A stretch of 64,000 bases of DNA from an uncultured Acidobacteriota bacterium (GCA_963707935.1 CAVPRN010000006.1:6906-70905); one strand, 5' to 3'; positions 8,680-23,587 are shown, numbered from the stretch's first letter. Notes: generated by a model not told the origin, from the sequence alone. Numbers and translations are program-made.

Positions 8680-10552
8680 CTAACGCCGCAGCATCTCGCG
8701 GGTGAGGACCGGCAGATAGAGACCCGTCTCCTCGCGGCGCCACCAGGCGCCGGTCGCGCGGCGCGCCGCGAAATCCGTGAAGTGGTAGTCGTAGAGCACG
8801 GCGCGCAGGTAGCGCGGCGGATGGTCCGGAAAGGGCGTCTTCTCGAGGAGCGCCGACGACCGGCGGGGAGCCCTCGAGGAGCCGCCGGGCCGAGCGCGAG
8901 GAGCCACGGGCTCTGCTCGGCGGACCCGAGCGCGGCGAACCACATCTGCCAGTCGAGACGCGGCTGGTGCGGCGCGACGAATCGGGGGCGGCGGCGCACG
9001 TCCCCGGGCTTCCACCGAAACTCGTAGGGGCGCCAGGAAGCGCCGTCGTCGCTCCCTTCGAGCACGATCTCGGGGCGCGAGGTCGTCATGACGGCGAAGA
9101 GCCCGTAGGTGTTGACGCTCCGAAGCGGCGCCGACGGCGCGCGCGAGGGCCACGACCGGCGCCGGGAACGAGCGCGGCCGGAAGACCATGGACGTCATCT
9201 GAGCGGCGCTGACGATCAGGATCGGGACGCCCGCGGCGGCGACGACGATGCGCGGCCACCGGCGTCGGCCCCGTTCGCGCCTCCGCCCTCGCGATCCGGC
9301 TCCGAATGGCCGCCGGAAACGCGGCGTCGTCCAGGAGCAGGCACGGCAGAGGGCGATCGCCAGGAGATTGAAGAAGGCGTAGTTGCCCGTCCCGGCGATC
9401 GCGAGCTGCAGGAAGACGAGCGCCCCGCACCCGAAGAGCCGAAGCCGCCGCGGCGCGAAGATCGAGGAACGGGACGCCGAGCTCGATGCCGAACATCGCG
9501 GCGCACGAGACCGTCTGGAACCAGCCGGGAAGCTGGTGCAGGTACCAGGCGGTCCAGGGCGGCAGGCACTGCGTCTCGTAGTGGTAGCGCAGCGCCGAGA
9601 GGCTGCGCCACGCGGGGTCGCCGCTCGCGAGCTTCACGAAGCCGGAGGAGAACATCAGGCGGAAGAGGAGCCAGCGCGAGGAGCCCGAGCACCGCGGCGG
9701 ACGGCGGCGCGGCGCGCGAAAGCCGCAGTCCGCGCGGCGCGAGCAGGATCGCGAGGAGGCCCGTCTCGAGCAGGAGCGAATCCCACTGAAACTCCAGGAA
9801 CACCTGGCCGGCGCCGCAGAGCGAGAGGTACCCGACCCAGCAGACGGCGAGGCTCACGGCCGGGAGGAGACCCGCGATCGCCGCGAGCGAGGCGGCCGCC
9901 CCCACGCCGCAGAGCAGATGCAGGAACCGGTCGCTCGCGTCGAGCCAGCAGAGCGTCGGCAGGAGATCCCAGCGCGCGCCCCCGGCCTGCGCCCGAACGG
10001 CGCCGAGGAATTCCGACGACCGGCAGGATCCCGCGCGATCCGACGAGGCCGTCCACCTGAACCCAGAGCGAGACGAACGCCGCGAGGTAGCAGAGCGCCG
10101 ACGAGTCGCAGAAAGAGGTCGCTCGCGACGCGATACTGCGGCCTCTCGACGCGACCGGCCCCAGAGCACGCGCGTCGCGGCCGACGCGGCGCCGCGGTGG
10201 CGCGCGACGAGGCGGTAGGCGAGCTCGCAGAGGGGCGCGACTCCCGGCACGCGCCGGTACGCCGCGAGCGGCCAGCGCCGACCGGGCGCCTCGGCGAGCG
10301 CCCGAAAGACGGCATGCGGCCCCTTCGAAGCACTTCGCCAGTCGGGAGGACGAGCTGGACCGACCGCGCGAAGGCCTCCGGCCGGGATCTCGGGGAATCG
10401 CGCGCCGGCTTCCTGCGAGGCGGCGTACGTCGACCGCGTCGCCCGTCTCCGACTTCCACCGCTCGATCCAGCGCCGGCAGAAGCCGCAGTCGCCGTCGAA
10501 GAGAAGCAGTGGCCGACCCGGCGGCGACGGCGACGCGCGTCGGCTCGGCCAT
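8680..10552 (-). pseudogene. DCC-type thiol-disulfide oxidoreductase (DUF393) fused to lipase maturation factor (LMF1/DUF1222)-family membrane protein; many frame changes
   Basis: On the minus strand, MAEPTRV is followed by PLLLFDGDCGFCRRWIERWKSETGD (DCC CxxC). LMF-type segments are scattered over three frames: [110 protein letters not shown]...LTREMLRR-stop. Confidence 0.75.
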
Positions 10553-10757
10553 CGGCCGAGAGTCTAAGCCGCCGCCTCCGGGAGGGGACGCCTCTTCGCC
10601 GCCGGAGGACACCCGTCAACCGGCGGGCCGCGAGAATCGTCCAATTCGCAGGCGCCCCGCCACGCGTTTATCCTCGAAACCCATTTCCCGGCCGAAATCC
10701 CGACCCGCGAAACGGGAATGGGGGTTGCAGATTCGTATGGTGACGGAGGAACGCGAC

Positions 10758-13071
10758 ATGAGACTCGCTTCCGCTCGACGCCTGGCACTGTGCGTCTGCG
10801 GTGCTCGCCGCGGCCTGCGGCCTCGGTCCGGCGGCCGCGCAGGAGCGGGACGCGTACGGAAACCCGGTCGGCGCTCCGCCCGACGACCGCGGCGACGCGC
10901 GCGGGGAGATTCGCCAGACCGTCGCGCGGATCTCCGAGCTCGACGGCTCGGTCTCCTACGCGCGCGGCGACGACCCCGACGACTGGCAGTCGGCGGATCG
11001 CAACGTCCCGGTCACGCTGGGCGATCGCCTCTACACGGGCGAACGCAGCCGCGTCGAGCTCCAGGTCCACGGCGGGAGCTACGTGCGCCTCGGCTCCGGA
11101 CACGGATCTCGCCGTCCTGAACCTGACCGACGACACGAAGCAGTTCGCGGTCAAGTCCGGCGTCGCGTCGGTCCGCATCCGGCGGCTCGATCGCGGACGA
11201 GGTCTTCGAAGTGGACACGCCGAACGCCGCGATCACGCTCGAGCGGCCGGGCGACTACCGCGTGGACATCGACGAGGACGGAAACACGCGCGTCACCGTG
11301 CGCGCAAGGGAGCGCGGACGTCGCGGCCGGCGGCGGCGTCGATCTCGCTCGGCGACGACGAGGCGCTGCAGATCTGGGGGACCGACTCGCCGCAGTACGA
11401 CACCGTGGCGATGCGCGCGCCCGACGGCTGGGACCGGTGGGTCGAGGAGCGCGAGTCGCGCATCGCGCACGCGCGCTCCGACCAGTACGTCAGCGACGAC
11501 ATCGCCGGCGTGGACGATCTCGACGAGTACGGCCGCTGGGACAACATCCCGAACTACGGCTCCGTCTGGACGCCGACCGCCGTCGCCGTCGGGCTGGGCG
11601 CCGTACCGCGCGGGCCAGTGGATCTGGCAGGACCCGTGGGGCTGGACCTGGGTCTCGATCGAGCCGTGGGGCTGGGCGCCCTACCACTACGGCCGCTGGG
11701 TCTTCTGGTCGTCGCGCTGGTACTGGGTGCCCGTCGCGCGCCGCGTGCGCTACGTGACTTACAGTCCGGCGCTCGTGGCCTTCGTCGGCGGCGGGCCCGG
11801 CTGGTCGCCGTCGGTCACGATCTCGACGGGAGGCTACGTCGGCTGGTTCCCGCTCGCTCCGCGCGATCCCGTTCATTCCCTGGTGGGGGGCGCGGCGTCA
11901 ACGTGCACGTGACGAACGTGACCTACGTCAACCGGACCTACGTGACGGTCGTGAATCAGACGACCTTCGTTTCGGGCCGGGTGGTCGTCAACAACATCGT
12001 GCGCGACCGCACGGTCATCCGCCAGGTCGAGACGGCCCCGATCCTGCGAGGGCCGCTCCCCTTCGTGCCCGACGCGCGGACGCGATCCGCATCGCCGGGC
12101 GGCCCGCCGCCGCCGTCGTGGTCCGGCCGTCGGCCGCCGTCGTCGCGCGGCCGGTCGTGGCGCGCGTCGCGCCCCCGCCGGCGCCTCCGACCTTCGATCG
12201 GAAGGTCGCCGTGATTCGCGAGAACCGCGGCGCCCCGGTCGCCCCCGCCGTCGCGGCGGAGATCGCGGTGCGGGATCGCAGCCGGCCCCAGGCTACCACC
12301 ACCATCAAGCCGGCCGCCGCCGAGCCGGGCCGGGTGACGCTTCGCGCCGCGTGCGCGCGCGACCTCGAGCGAGCGTTCGCCCCGCCCCGAAGGTCGCGCC
12401 GGTCGCTCCCGTCGCGCGGACGCGCGATGGCGACGGCCGAGCAGCCCGTCGCGGCGGCCCCGGTCGCCGCGCCTCGCAGCGGCGAGCCCGTTCGCGCCCG
12501 GCCGACCCCTTCCGAGCGCGACCGGCCAACGGGGGCCGCGGAAGGCCGGCCCCGGTTCCGCCCGGCCGTACCGAGCCCGCGCCCTTCCGACCGCCGCGAT
12601 CGCCCGACCCCGGGCAACACGCCCCGACGAAACGAGCCGGCGTGGGTGGAGACCCCGGCGATGCGCGCGGCGCCGAGTCGCGAAGAGGACCGGCGCTACG
12701 TCCAGCCGGCGGAGCCCGCGAAGCCGCGAGAGACGGGAAAGCCGTCGGACTCGCAGGGGCAGCGGTCTCGCGAGACGGACGCGGCCGCCGAGCGCGAGCG
12801 CGCCGCCGCGAGGGAGCGGGAAGCCGCCCAGAAGCGGCGGGAGGCGCAAGGGCAACGCAGCAACGCGCCGGATCAGCCGAAGGCCGTGCCGCCCCGAAGC
12901 CAGCCAACGCCGCAGCCGGCTCCGGCGAATCCGCAGCCGGCCGCCCGGCGCCCTCCGGAGCCCTCACCGAAGAGCGTCTCGCGGCTACCCGAGCGAACCG
13001 CGACCCCCCGGGGGCGCCGCCCCGAGCCGACGAAGAAGCCGGATTCAGACAAAGACGATAAGAACCACTGA
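10758..13071 (+). pseudogene. secreted FecR-like/DUF6600-like protein with long Pro/Arg/Ala-rich tail; several frame changes
   Basis: Signal peptide MRLASARRLALCVCG. FecR-like segments VARISELDGSVSYARGDD...VTLGDRLYTGERSRVELQVHGGSYVRLG and NAAITLERPGDYRVDIDEDGNTRV. Aromatic block GQWIWQDPWGWTWVSIEPWGWAPYHYGRWVFWSSRWYWVP. Pieces lie in ORFs 10801.., 10718.., 11211.. and 12118..13071. Confidence 0.7.
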
Positions 13072-13074
13072 GAT

Positions 13075-13155
13075 CTGATACAGTTAAGTCATTAATAATC
13101 AGTGTCTTAACTGCAGCTAGAATATTGACTTTCTAGTACAGATTAAATAGCATCC
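13075..13155 (+). promoter_or_regulatory. AT-rich promoter/operator region of the suf operon
   Basis: An about 80-bp AT-rich island in otherwise GC-rich DNA. TTGACT (13125-13130) plus a 17-bp spacer plus TAGCAT (13148-13153). Inverted repeats GTTAAG(13083)/CTTAAC(13106) and CTAGAA(13117)/TTCTAG(13131), the latter bracketing the -35. Also the Fur-box-like TCATTAATAATCAGT. Confidence 0.45.
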
Positions 13156-13191
13156 GAGCATGAGTCGTCCCACGATGGAAACGAGGCGGGC

Positions 13192-14649
13192 ATGAGCGCT
13201 TCCGATCCGAACGCGGTCTTCCGGGAGCTCGCCGAACGGCCTTACAAGGCCGGCTTCGTCACCGACATCGAGTCGGAGAGCGCGCCGCCCGGGCTTGAAC
13301 GAAGACATCATCCGCCTGATCTCCGGCCAAGAAGAAGGAGCCGGAGTGGATGCTCGAGTGGCGGCTGAAGGCCTTCCGCCACTGGCTGACGATGAAGGAG
13401 CCGACCTGGCAGAACGTCCACTACCCGCCGATCGACTACCAGTCGATCGTCTACTACTCGGCGCCGAAGAGCCGGGCGAACGCGCCCAAGAGCCTCGAGG
13501 AAGTCGATCCGAAGCTCCTCGAGACCTACGAGAAGCTCGGCATCCCGCTGCGGGAGCGGGGCAAGCTCGCCGGCGTCGCGGTGGACGCGGTCTTCGACTC
13601 GGTCTCGGTCGCGACGACGTTTCGCGAGCAGCTCGCGAAGGTCGGCGTCATCTTCTGCTCCTTCTCCGAGGCGGTGCGCGAGCACCCGGAGCTCGTGAAG
13701 AAGTACCTGGGCTCGGTCGTCCCGTACACCGACAACTTCTTCGCGACGCTCAATTCGGCCGTCTTCTCCGACGGCTCCTTCTGCTACGTCCCGAAGGGCG
13801 TGCGCTGCCCGATGGAGCTCTCGACCTACTTCCGCATCAACTCCGCCAACACCGGCCAGTTCGAGCGGACGCTGATCGTCGCGGACGAAGGGGCGTACGT
13901 CAGCTACCTGGAAGGCTGCACCGCTCCGATCCGCGACGAGAACCAGCTCCACGCCGCCGTCGTCGAGCTCGTGGCGCTCGACGACGCCGAGATCAAGTAC
14001 TCGACGGTCCAGAACTGGTATCCCGGCGACGCGCAGGGCAAGGGGGGCATCTACAACTTCGTCACGAAGCGCGGCAAGTGCGCGGGCCGGCGCTCGAAGA
14101 TCTCCTGGACGCAGGTCGAGACGGGCTCCGCGATCACGTGGAAGTACCCGAGCTGCATCCTGCTCGGGGACGACTCGATCGGCGAGTTCTACTCGGTGGC
14201 CGTGACGAACAACCACCAGCAGGCCGACACGGGCACCAAGATGATCCACATCGGGAAGAACACGAAGTCCACGATCGTGTCGAAGGGGATCTCGGCGGGC
14301 CACGGGCAGAACACGTACCGCGGGCATGGTCAAGATCCTCGGGAAGGCGGACGACGCCCGCAACTACTCGCAGTGCGATTCGCTCCTGATCGGGGACCAG
14401 TGCGGCGCGCACACGTTCCCCTACATCGAGGTGAACAACTCGACGGCGCAGATGGAGCACGAGGCCTCGACGTCGAAGATCGGCGAGGACCAGATCTTCT
14501 ACTTCCAGCAGCGCGGCATCTCGCCCGAAGAGGCCGTCAACATGATCGTCTCCGGCTTCTGCAAGGTGGTCTTCAAGGAGCTGCCGATGGAGTTCGCGGT
14601 CGAGGCGCAGAAGCTGCTGGGGGTCACACTGGAGGGGTCGGTTGGCTGA
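13192..14649 (+). pseudogene. sufB: Fe-S cluster assembly scaffold SufB; about 3 frame changes
   Basis: YKAGFVTDIESE (frame of ATG 13192), NEDIIRLIS (ORF 13295..), then [17 protein letters not shown]...[26 protein letters not shown]...[21 protein letters not shown] (ORF 13350..), and the C-terminus in ORF 14326..14649. GAGG lies 6 nt before the ATG. Confidence 0.9.
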
Positions 14650-14662
14650 GAAGAAGAGTCCG

Positions 14663-18460
<3,798 letters not shown>

Positions 18461-18469
18461 GGTTCCGAC

Positions 18470-19014
18470 ATGAGGATGCAGAAAGAAGTCACGACGACGC
18501 GCGAGATCGAAGCCAAGGAGATCCCGAGCGGGATGCGCATCACGATCCCGGAGGGGACGCCCGCTCACGCTCACCCAGTCCCTGGGCGGGAGCTTCACGG
18601 TCGTCACGCCGTACGGCTACATGGCGCGCATCGAGGGGAAGGACGCCGACGCGATCGGCGAAGAGCCGATGGCGCTCGACGGCGAGGCCGCCGCCGGCCA
18701 GCTCGGTCGAGGAGCTCTGCTGGGATCAGCTGCGCACCTGCTACGACCCGGAGATCCCGGTCAACATCGTGGACCTGGGCCTCGTCTACAAGTGCGAGGT
18801 GACCGACCGCCCCGAGGGAGGGAAGAAGGTCGAGGTCCGGTTCACGCTGACCGCGCCCGGCTGCGGCATGGGAGACGTTCTGCGGGAAGACATCCGGGGC
18901 AAGCTCGTCGCCGTGCCGGACGTCAAGGAAGCCGACGTCCAGGTCCTCTTCGACCCGCCCTGGAACATGAGCATGATGTCGGACGCCGCGAAGCTGCAAC
19001 TCGGGATGCTGTGA
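18470..19014 (+). pseudogene. sufT: long-form SufT / DUF59 (MIP18-family) Fe-S assembly protein; about 2 frame changes
   Basis: N-terminal MRMQKEVTTTREIEAKEIPSGMRITIPEGT (ORF 18470..). The middle is in 18621... The DUF59 core VEELCWDQLRTCYDPEIPVNIVDLGLVYKCEV...FTLTAPGCGMGDVL...DPPWNMSMMSDAAKLQLG is in ORF 18181..19014. Confidence 0.75.
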
Positions 19015-19024
19015 GGGCCGGCCG

Positions 19025-19506
19025 ATGAAACTCTCCTCTCAGGAAGAGTACGGGTTGCGCTGCCTGCTGCGCGTCGGGCGCGAGGGGCCCGAGGGGAGCG
19101 TCACGATCTCCGAGCTCTCGCGCTCCGAGGGCATCACGGAGCCGAACGTCGCCAAGATGATGCGGATCCTGCGGCAGGGAGGCTTCGTGCAGTCCACACG
19201 CGGTCAGGCGGGCGGCTATGCGCTCGCCCGGCCGGCGGCGGAGATCCGCGTCGGAGAGGTCCTCGCCCGCGCTCGGCGGGCGACTCTACGATCCCGGCTT
19301 CTGCGACCACGCACACGGGAGTCGAGCGCCTCTGCACGCACATGCCCGACTGCTCGATCCGGTCCGTCTGGCGCACGATCCAGCGCGCCGTCGATTCCGT
19401 GCTCGACACGCTGACGTTGAAGGACCTGCTGCGCGGCGAGGGAGAGATGGACACCTGGGCCGACTCGCGCGGCCCGCTCCTGCCCACCCACCAGCCCCAC
19501 GCGTAA
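19025..19506 (+). pseudogene. Rrf2-family (IscR/SufR-like) transcriptional regulator; about 2 frame changes
   Basis: MKLSSQEEYGLRCLLRVGREG...ISELSRSEGITEPNVAKMMRILRQGGFVQSTRGQAGGYALARP (ORF 19025..). The Cys-containing C-terminus LGGRLYDPGFCDH / CTHMPDCSIRSVWRTIQRAV lies in two other frames. TAA at 19504-19506. Confidence 0.8.
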
Positions 19507-19522
19507 GGCCGATACCGACTCT

Positions 19523-21973
19523 TCAGACGGGAACTCCGCCGAGCTCCGAGCCGTCCGAGACGGGAGGCCGTGAAGCGAAGAAGCGCTCCACGGCGCCGGC
19601 CAGGGTCGCGAGCGTGATCGGCTTGACGAGGTGATCCACGAAACCGGCGTCGCGGCTCCGGCGGCGGTCCTCCTCCATCCCGTAGCCCGTCATGGCGATC
19701 CCCGAGAGGCCGCGCTCGTCCCGCAGCCGGCGCATCAGGTCGAGGCCGCTGCCGTCCGGCAGGCTCAAATCGGACAGGACCAGGTCGAACGTGTGCCGGC
19801 GCGCCGCCTCGAGCGCGTCGCGGACGGACGGCGCCGCCACGACCTCGCAGGAGAGCTCGGTCAAGAGCATCGCCGCCGCCGCGAGCGTGTCGCGATGGTC
19901 CTCGACGAGGAGGACCCGGCGCCCGCCGAGAGAGGTCGCGCGGGAGGCGGGAGGCGCCGGCGCGGGGCGCCGCACCGGCTCGGTCGAGATCGGCAGCTCC
20001 ACGCGAAACGTGGCTCCCTTTCCGAGGCCGTCGCTCTCCGCCGTCAGGCTCCCGCCGTGGGCGCCCACGAGCGCGCTCGAGATCGCGAGGCCGAGGCCCA
20101 GGCCGCCCGACCCGGGCCCGATCTGCTCGAACGGGCGGAAGATCCGCGCCATCTGGGAGGGATCGATTCCGACCCCGGTGTCCGACACCTCGATCGCGAC
20201 GCGTCCCGAGCCGGCCGCGCGGGTCTTCAGCTCGATGCGGCCGCCGCGCGGAGTGAACTTGATCGCGTTCTTGACGATGTTCCAGAGGACCTGGCGGAGC
20301 CGCGCCGGATCGGCCCGGACCGCGGCGCCCGGATCCACGTCCCGGCGCTCGAGCACGATCCCCTTCTCCGCCGCCTCCTCCCGGAAGATCTCGACCACGT
20401 GCCCCAGGGCCTCGGCGAGCCCCACCGGCTCCGGAGCCAGCCGCACCTTGCCCGCAGCCACGCGCGTCAGGTCGAGCAAGTCGTCGATCAGCCGCGCCTC
20501 GAGCTCCGCGTTGCGTCGCACGATCTCGAGGCGTCGCCGCGCTTCGGGCGGCAAGCTCGCGTCGTGCTCGAGCGCCGAGCTCAACGCGAGCACGGGCGTC
20601 AAGGGCGTGCGCAGCTCGTGCGAGAGCGTCGCCAGGAACTGGTCCTTCGCGCGATTGGCGGCCTCCGCCTCGTCCTTGGCGCGGCGGAGCTCCGATTCCG
20701 CCGCCTTCAGGTCCTGGATGTCCGCCGCGGCGCCGAACCACGAGGTGACCCGGCCCTCCTCGTCCCGAACGGGGACGACGCGCGCGAGCATCCATCGGTA
20801 GGCGCCGGCCCGCGTCCTCATTCGGTACTCGAGCCGGTACGGCTCGCCGGCCGCGATGCAGCGCTCCCGCGTCGCAATCACCGCGACGCGGTCGGAGGGA
20901 TGGATCCGTTCCTCCCATTGGGCGAGGCCGCGCTCATCCTGCGCCTTCCCGAACCGCTCTTCGTACTGCGGGTTGACGTAGATCGTGCGGCCGCCGGCGT
21001 CGTTGATCCACAGGATTTGATCGATCGCTTCGGCGAGCGACCGGTATCTCTCCTCGCTTTCCCGGATGCGCGCCTCGGCCCGGCGGCGCTCCTGCTCGGC
21101 GCGGCGCCGCTCGGACGTCACGACGCCGAGCACGAGGAACGTCGCGGCGTTCAGAGCCATGAAGGCCTGGGCCGCGGAGAGACTCTCTTCGACCGTCCCC
21201 CGGACGAACGGCCCGTGCGATCGGCTCGTGGCCCAGACGCCGATCGCCGCGACGAGGAACGTCGCCCGCGCCGCGCCCGGGTGCTCGAAGCGGAGGGCCG
21301 CCCACACGAGCAGCGGGGAGAGGAGGGCCGCCAGGCCCCCCGGCACCGACAACCTCTCGAAGACGTAAAGACTCGCGAGCACGATCAGGAGCGCGAGTAC
21401 CGCGGCTTCGAGCCATCGCGCCGGCCGAATGCGGCGCCACTCGACCGGCTTCGCCGTCAGAAGGATCGGAGCGACGATGAGGCATCCGGTCAGATCCCCC
21501 AGCCACCACGTGCGCCAGGTCAGCGGGTAGCCCTCGCGCGACACCAGGCCCGCCAGAGAGAGCGTCGTCACGCCGACCGTCGCCGAGATCATCGAGCTTC
21601 CGACCGCCGCGAGCAGCACGAGACCGATGACGTCCGGCAGGCGGTCGAGCGTCCGGCGGAAGCCGGGGATTCGAGTGAGCGCATAGGCGCCGGCGAGCGC
21701 CTCGAGCGTGTTTCCGGCGGCGATGCCGAGGGCCACCGCGGGCGGCGCTCCGGTCCAGAGATTCGCCAGAAAGGCGCCGGCGGCGATGCTCGGCCAGAAA
21801 CGGAATCCCATTCGGAGCATCGCCGCGAGCGAGATCCCGGTGGGCGCCCAGACGAGGGTGGCGAACGCGCTGACCGCGTAAACCCGCAGGCCGAACAACG
21901 CGGTGAGCACGTAAGCGGCCGTTAGGCCGATCGCTTTCGGTAGGTAGGCCGTCGGGCGGCGCGAGTCAGCCAC
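19523..21973 (-). CDS. hybrid sensor histidine kinase: MASE1 membrane domain, PAS, HisKA, HATPase_c, receiver
   Basis: Intact 816-aa ORF. MASE1-like polytopic N-terminus. PAS (RYRSLAEAIDQILWINDAGG...YRWMLARVVPVRDEEG). H-box LSHELRTPLTP. G-boxes DTGVGI and GSGGLGLGLAI. Receiver RRVLLVEDH...DLVLSDLSLPDGSG...KP. Confidence 0.93.
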   Translation of the reverse strand: MADSRRPTAYLPKAIGLTAAYVLTALFGLRVYAVSAFATLVWAPTGISLAAMLRMGFRFWPSIAAGAFLANLWTGAPPAVALGIAAGNTLEALAGAYALTRIPGFRRTLDRLPDVIGLVLLAAVGSSMISATVGVTTLSLAGLVSREGYPLTWRTWWLGDLTGCLIVAPILLTAKPVEWRRIRPARWLEAAVLALLIVLASLYVFERLSVPGGLAALLSPLLVWAALRFEHPGAARATFLVAAIGVWATSRSHGPFVRGTVEESLSAAQAFMALNAATFLVLGVVTSERRRAEQERRRAEARIRESEERYRSLAEAIDQILWINDAGGRTIYVNPQYEERFGKAQDERGLAQWEERIHPSDRVAVIATRERCIAAGEPYRLEYRMRTRAGAYRWMLARVVPVRDEEGRVTSWFGAAADIQDLKAAESELRRAKDEAEAANRAKDQFLATLSHELRTPLTPVLALSSALEHDASLPPEARRRLEIVRRNAELEARLIDDLLDLTRVAAGKVRLAPEPVGLAEALGHVVEIFREEAAEKGIVLERRDVDPGAAVRADPARLRQVLWNIVKNAIKFTPRGGRIELKTRAAGSGRVAIEVSDTGVGIDPSQMARIFRPFEQIGPGSGGLGLGLAISSALVGAHGGSLTAESDGLGKGATFRVELPISTEPVRRPAPAPPASRATSLGGRRVLLVEDHRDTLAAAAMLLTELSCEVVAAPSVRDALEAARRHTFDLVLSDLSLPDGSGLDLMRRLRDERGLSGIAMTGYGMEEDRRRSRDAGFVDHLVKPITLATLAGAVERFFASRPPVSDGSELGGVPV

Positions 21974-22072
21974 GCGTCCTCGCGATCCTCCGCGCTCTGC
22001 GGAAAGGCGATTCTAGTCCGGACGCGCGCCCGCGGAGCACCGAAGGCCCCGCCTGCTGTATTTTTTGCGCCC

Positions 22073-23587
22073 ATGCCGGACCCGATCGCACCTCGGTTCG
22101 ACCCGAAGCGGCGCCGCGCGGTGACGGCCGCGCTCATCCTCGTCACCGCGCTCGCCTCCTTCGAGTCCACCGTCGTCTCGACCGCCATGCCGACGATCAT
22201 CGGCGACCTCGGCGGACTGCCGCTCTACGCGTGGGTCTTCTCGGTCTACCTGCTGACGGCCACGGTCGCGATGCCGATCTACGGTCGGCTCGCCGACATC
22301 TCCGGACGGCGCAAGCTCCTCCTGATCGCCATCGCGATCTTCCTCGCGGGGGCCGTCGCCTGCGCTTTCGCCCGCTCGATGCCGCAGTTGATCGCGGCGC
22401 GCGCGGTGCAGGGGTTGGGCGCGGCCGGGCTGATGCCGGTCGCCCTGACGGTCGTCGCCGACATCTACTCGCTCCAGGAGCGCACGCGGATCCAGGGCCT
22501 CTTCTCCGGAGTCTGGGGGTTCGCGAGCCTCGCGGGGCCGCTCCTCGGCGCGTTCCTCACCGTGCACTTCGGCTGGCGCAGCATCTTTTCGATCAACATC
22601 CCGCTCGGCATCATCGCGTTCTTCCTCGTCGCCACGCGGCTCGTCGAATCGCGCGCCGCGCTGCCCGACCCCGTGGACGTGGCCGGAGGCGTGACGCTCT
22701 CGATCGGGTTCACGCTGATCCTGCTCGCCGTCCTCTCGGCGCCGGGGGCCGGTGGCGTGACGCCGGCCGTGCGGCTCCCCCTGTTCGCGGCGGGCGTCTT
22801 CTCGCTCGTCGCGTTCGCGCGGCTTCAGACGCGCCGCGCGCACCCGCTCATCCCCCCGGAGCTCTTCCGCTCGTGGGAGACCGCATCGCCCTATCTCGCC
22901 GGGATCGTCGTCGGAACGACGATCTTCGGGGTGGACACGTTCGTGCCCCTCTTCGTCCAGGGCGCGCGCGGCGGGACCGCCGGTGCCGCCGGCGCCGTCG
23001 TGACCCCGCTCATCTTCGGCTGGGCTTCTTCGGCCGCCGCCGCGGCGCGCATCATTCTCCGCTTCGGGTTCCGCCGGACCGCCCGCCTCGGAGCCGTCCT
23101 CGTGATCCTCGGGCTCGGCGGGCTGCTCGCCGGCGCGCTCTCGGACGCCGGGGTGGCCTGGATCAGCGCGGCCTGCGGCGTCGTGGGCATCGGGCTCGGG
23201 CCGTCCTCCCTCTCGCAGCTCCTCGCCGTGCAACACGTCGTGCCGGAGAGCCGGCGCGGCGTCGCGACGAGCCTCGTCCCGTTCTTCCGAACGGTCGGCG
23301 GATCGATCGGCGTCGGCGCGCTCGGCGGCGTCTTCGCCGCGGGTCTCGCGGCGCGCCTCGGATCGAGCGTCGAGGCGGCGAGCCGGCTTCTCGCGGCGGG
23401 TCACGGCGGCTCCGTGTCCCTCCCCGTCTCGCCGGCCCTCTTCCGCCACGCGATCGAGAAGGCGCTCCTCCCGGTCTTCGCCGTTCTCCTCGCGCTCGCC
23501 GCCGTGAATCTGTTTCTCGCGTCCGGGTTCCCGGAGCCGGCCGGCGAGGCTGCCCCGGCGCCGAAGGCGACGGGAGGATTAGCCTAG
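22073..23587 (+). CDS. MFS transporter, DHA2 (EmrB/QacA-like, 14-TMS) family
   Basis: Intact 504-aa ORF. FESTVVSTAMPTIIGDLGG, GRLADISGRRKLLLIAIAIFLAGAVACA, AARAVQGLGAAGLMPVALTVVAD. Confidence 0.9.
   Translation: MPDPIAPRFDPKRRRAVTAALILVTALASFESTVVSTAMPTIIGDLGGLPLYAWVFSVYLLTATVAMPIYGRLADISGRRKLLLIAIAIFLAGAVACAFARSMPQLIAARAVQGLGAAGLMPVALTVVADIYSLQERTRIQGLFSGVWGFASLAGPLLGAFLTVHFGWRSIFSINIPLGIIAFFLVATRLVESRAALPDPVDVAGGVTLSIGFTLILLAVLSAPGAGGVTPAVRLPLFAAGVFSLVAFARLQTRRAHPLIPPELFRSWETASPYLAGIVVGTTIFGVDTFVPLFVQGARGGTAGAAGAVVTPLIFGWASSAAAAARIILRFGFRRTARLGAVLVILGLGGLLAGALSDAGVAWISAACGVVGIGLGPSSLSQLLAVQHVVPESRRGVATSLVPFFRTVGGSIGVGALGGVFAAGLAARLGSSVEAASRLLAAGHGGSVSLPVSPALFRHAIEKALLPVFAVLLALAAVNLFLASGFPEPAGEAAPAPKATGGLA

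Noticed and set aside
13072-13160. AT-rich island read as the scar or end of a mobile element or genomic-island boundary.
   Set aside because: There is no transposase or integrase, no tRNA, and no long terminal or direct repeats on the flanks. Its position directly upstream of the suf operon, with promoter-like hexamers, fits a regulatory region.
13160-13195. 11-codon mini-ORF (MSRPTMETRRA) called as a real leader peptide gene.
   Set aside because: It is too short to evaluate and has no RBS I can point to. In an indel-prone stretch it could equally be a mis-framed SufB N-terminus. It is kept only as a note inside the suf-promoter finding.
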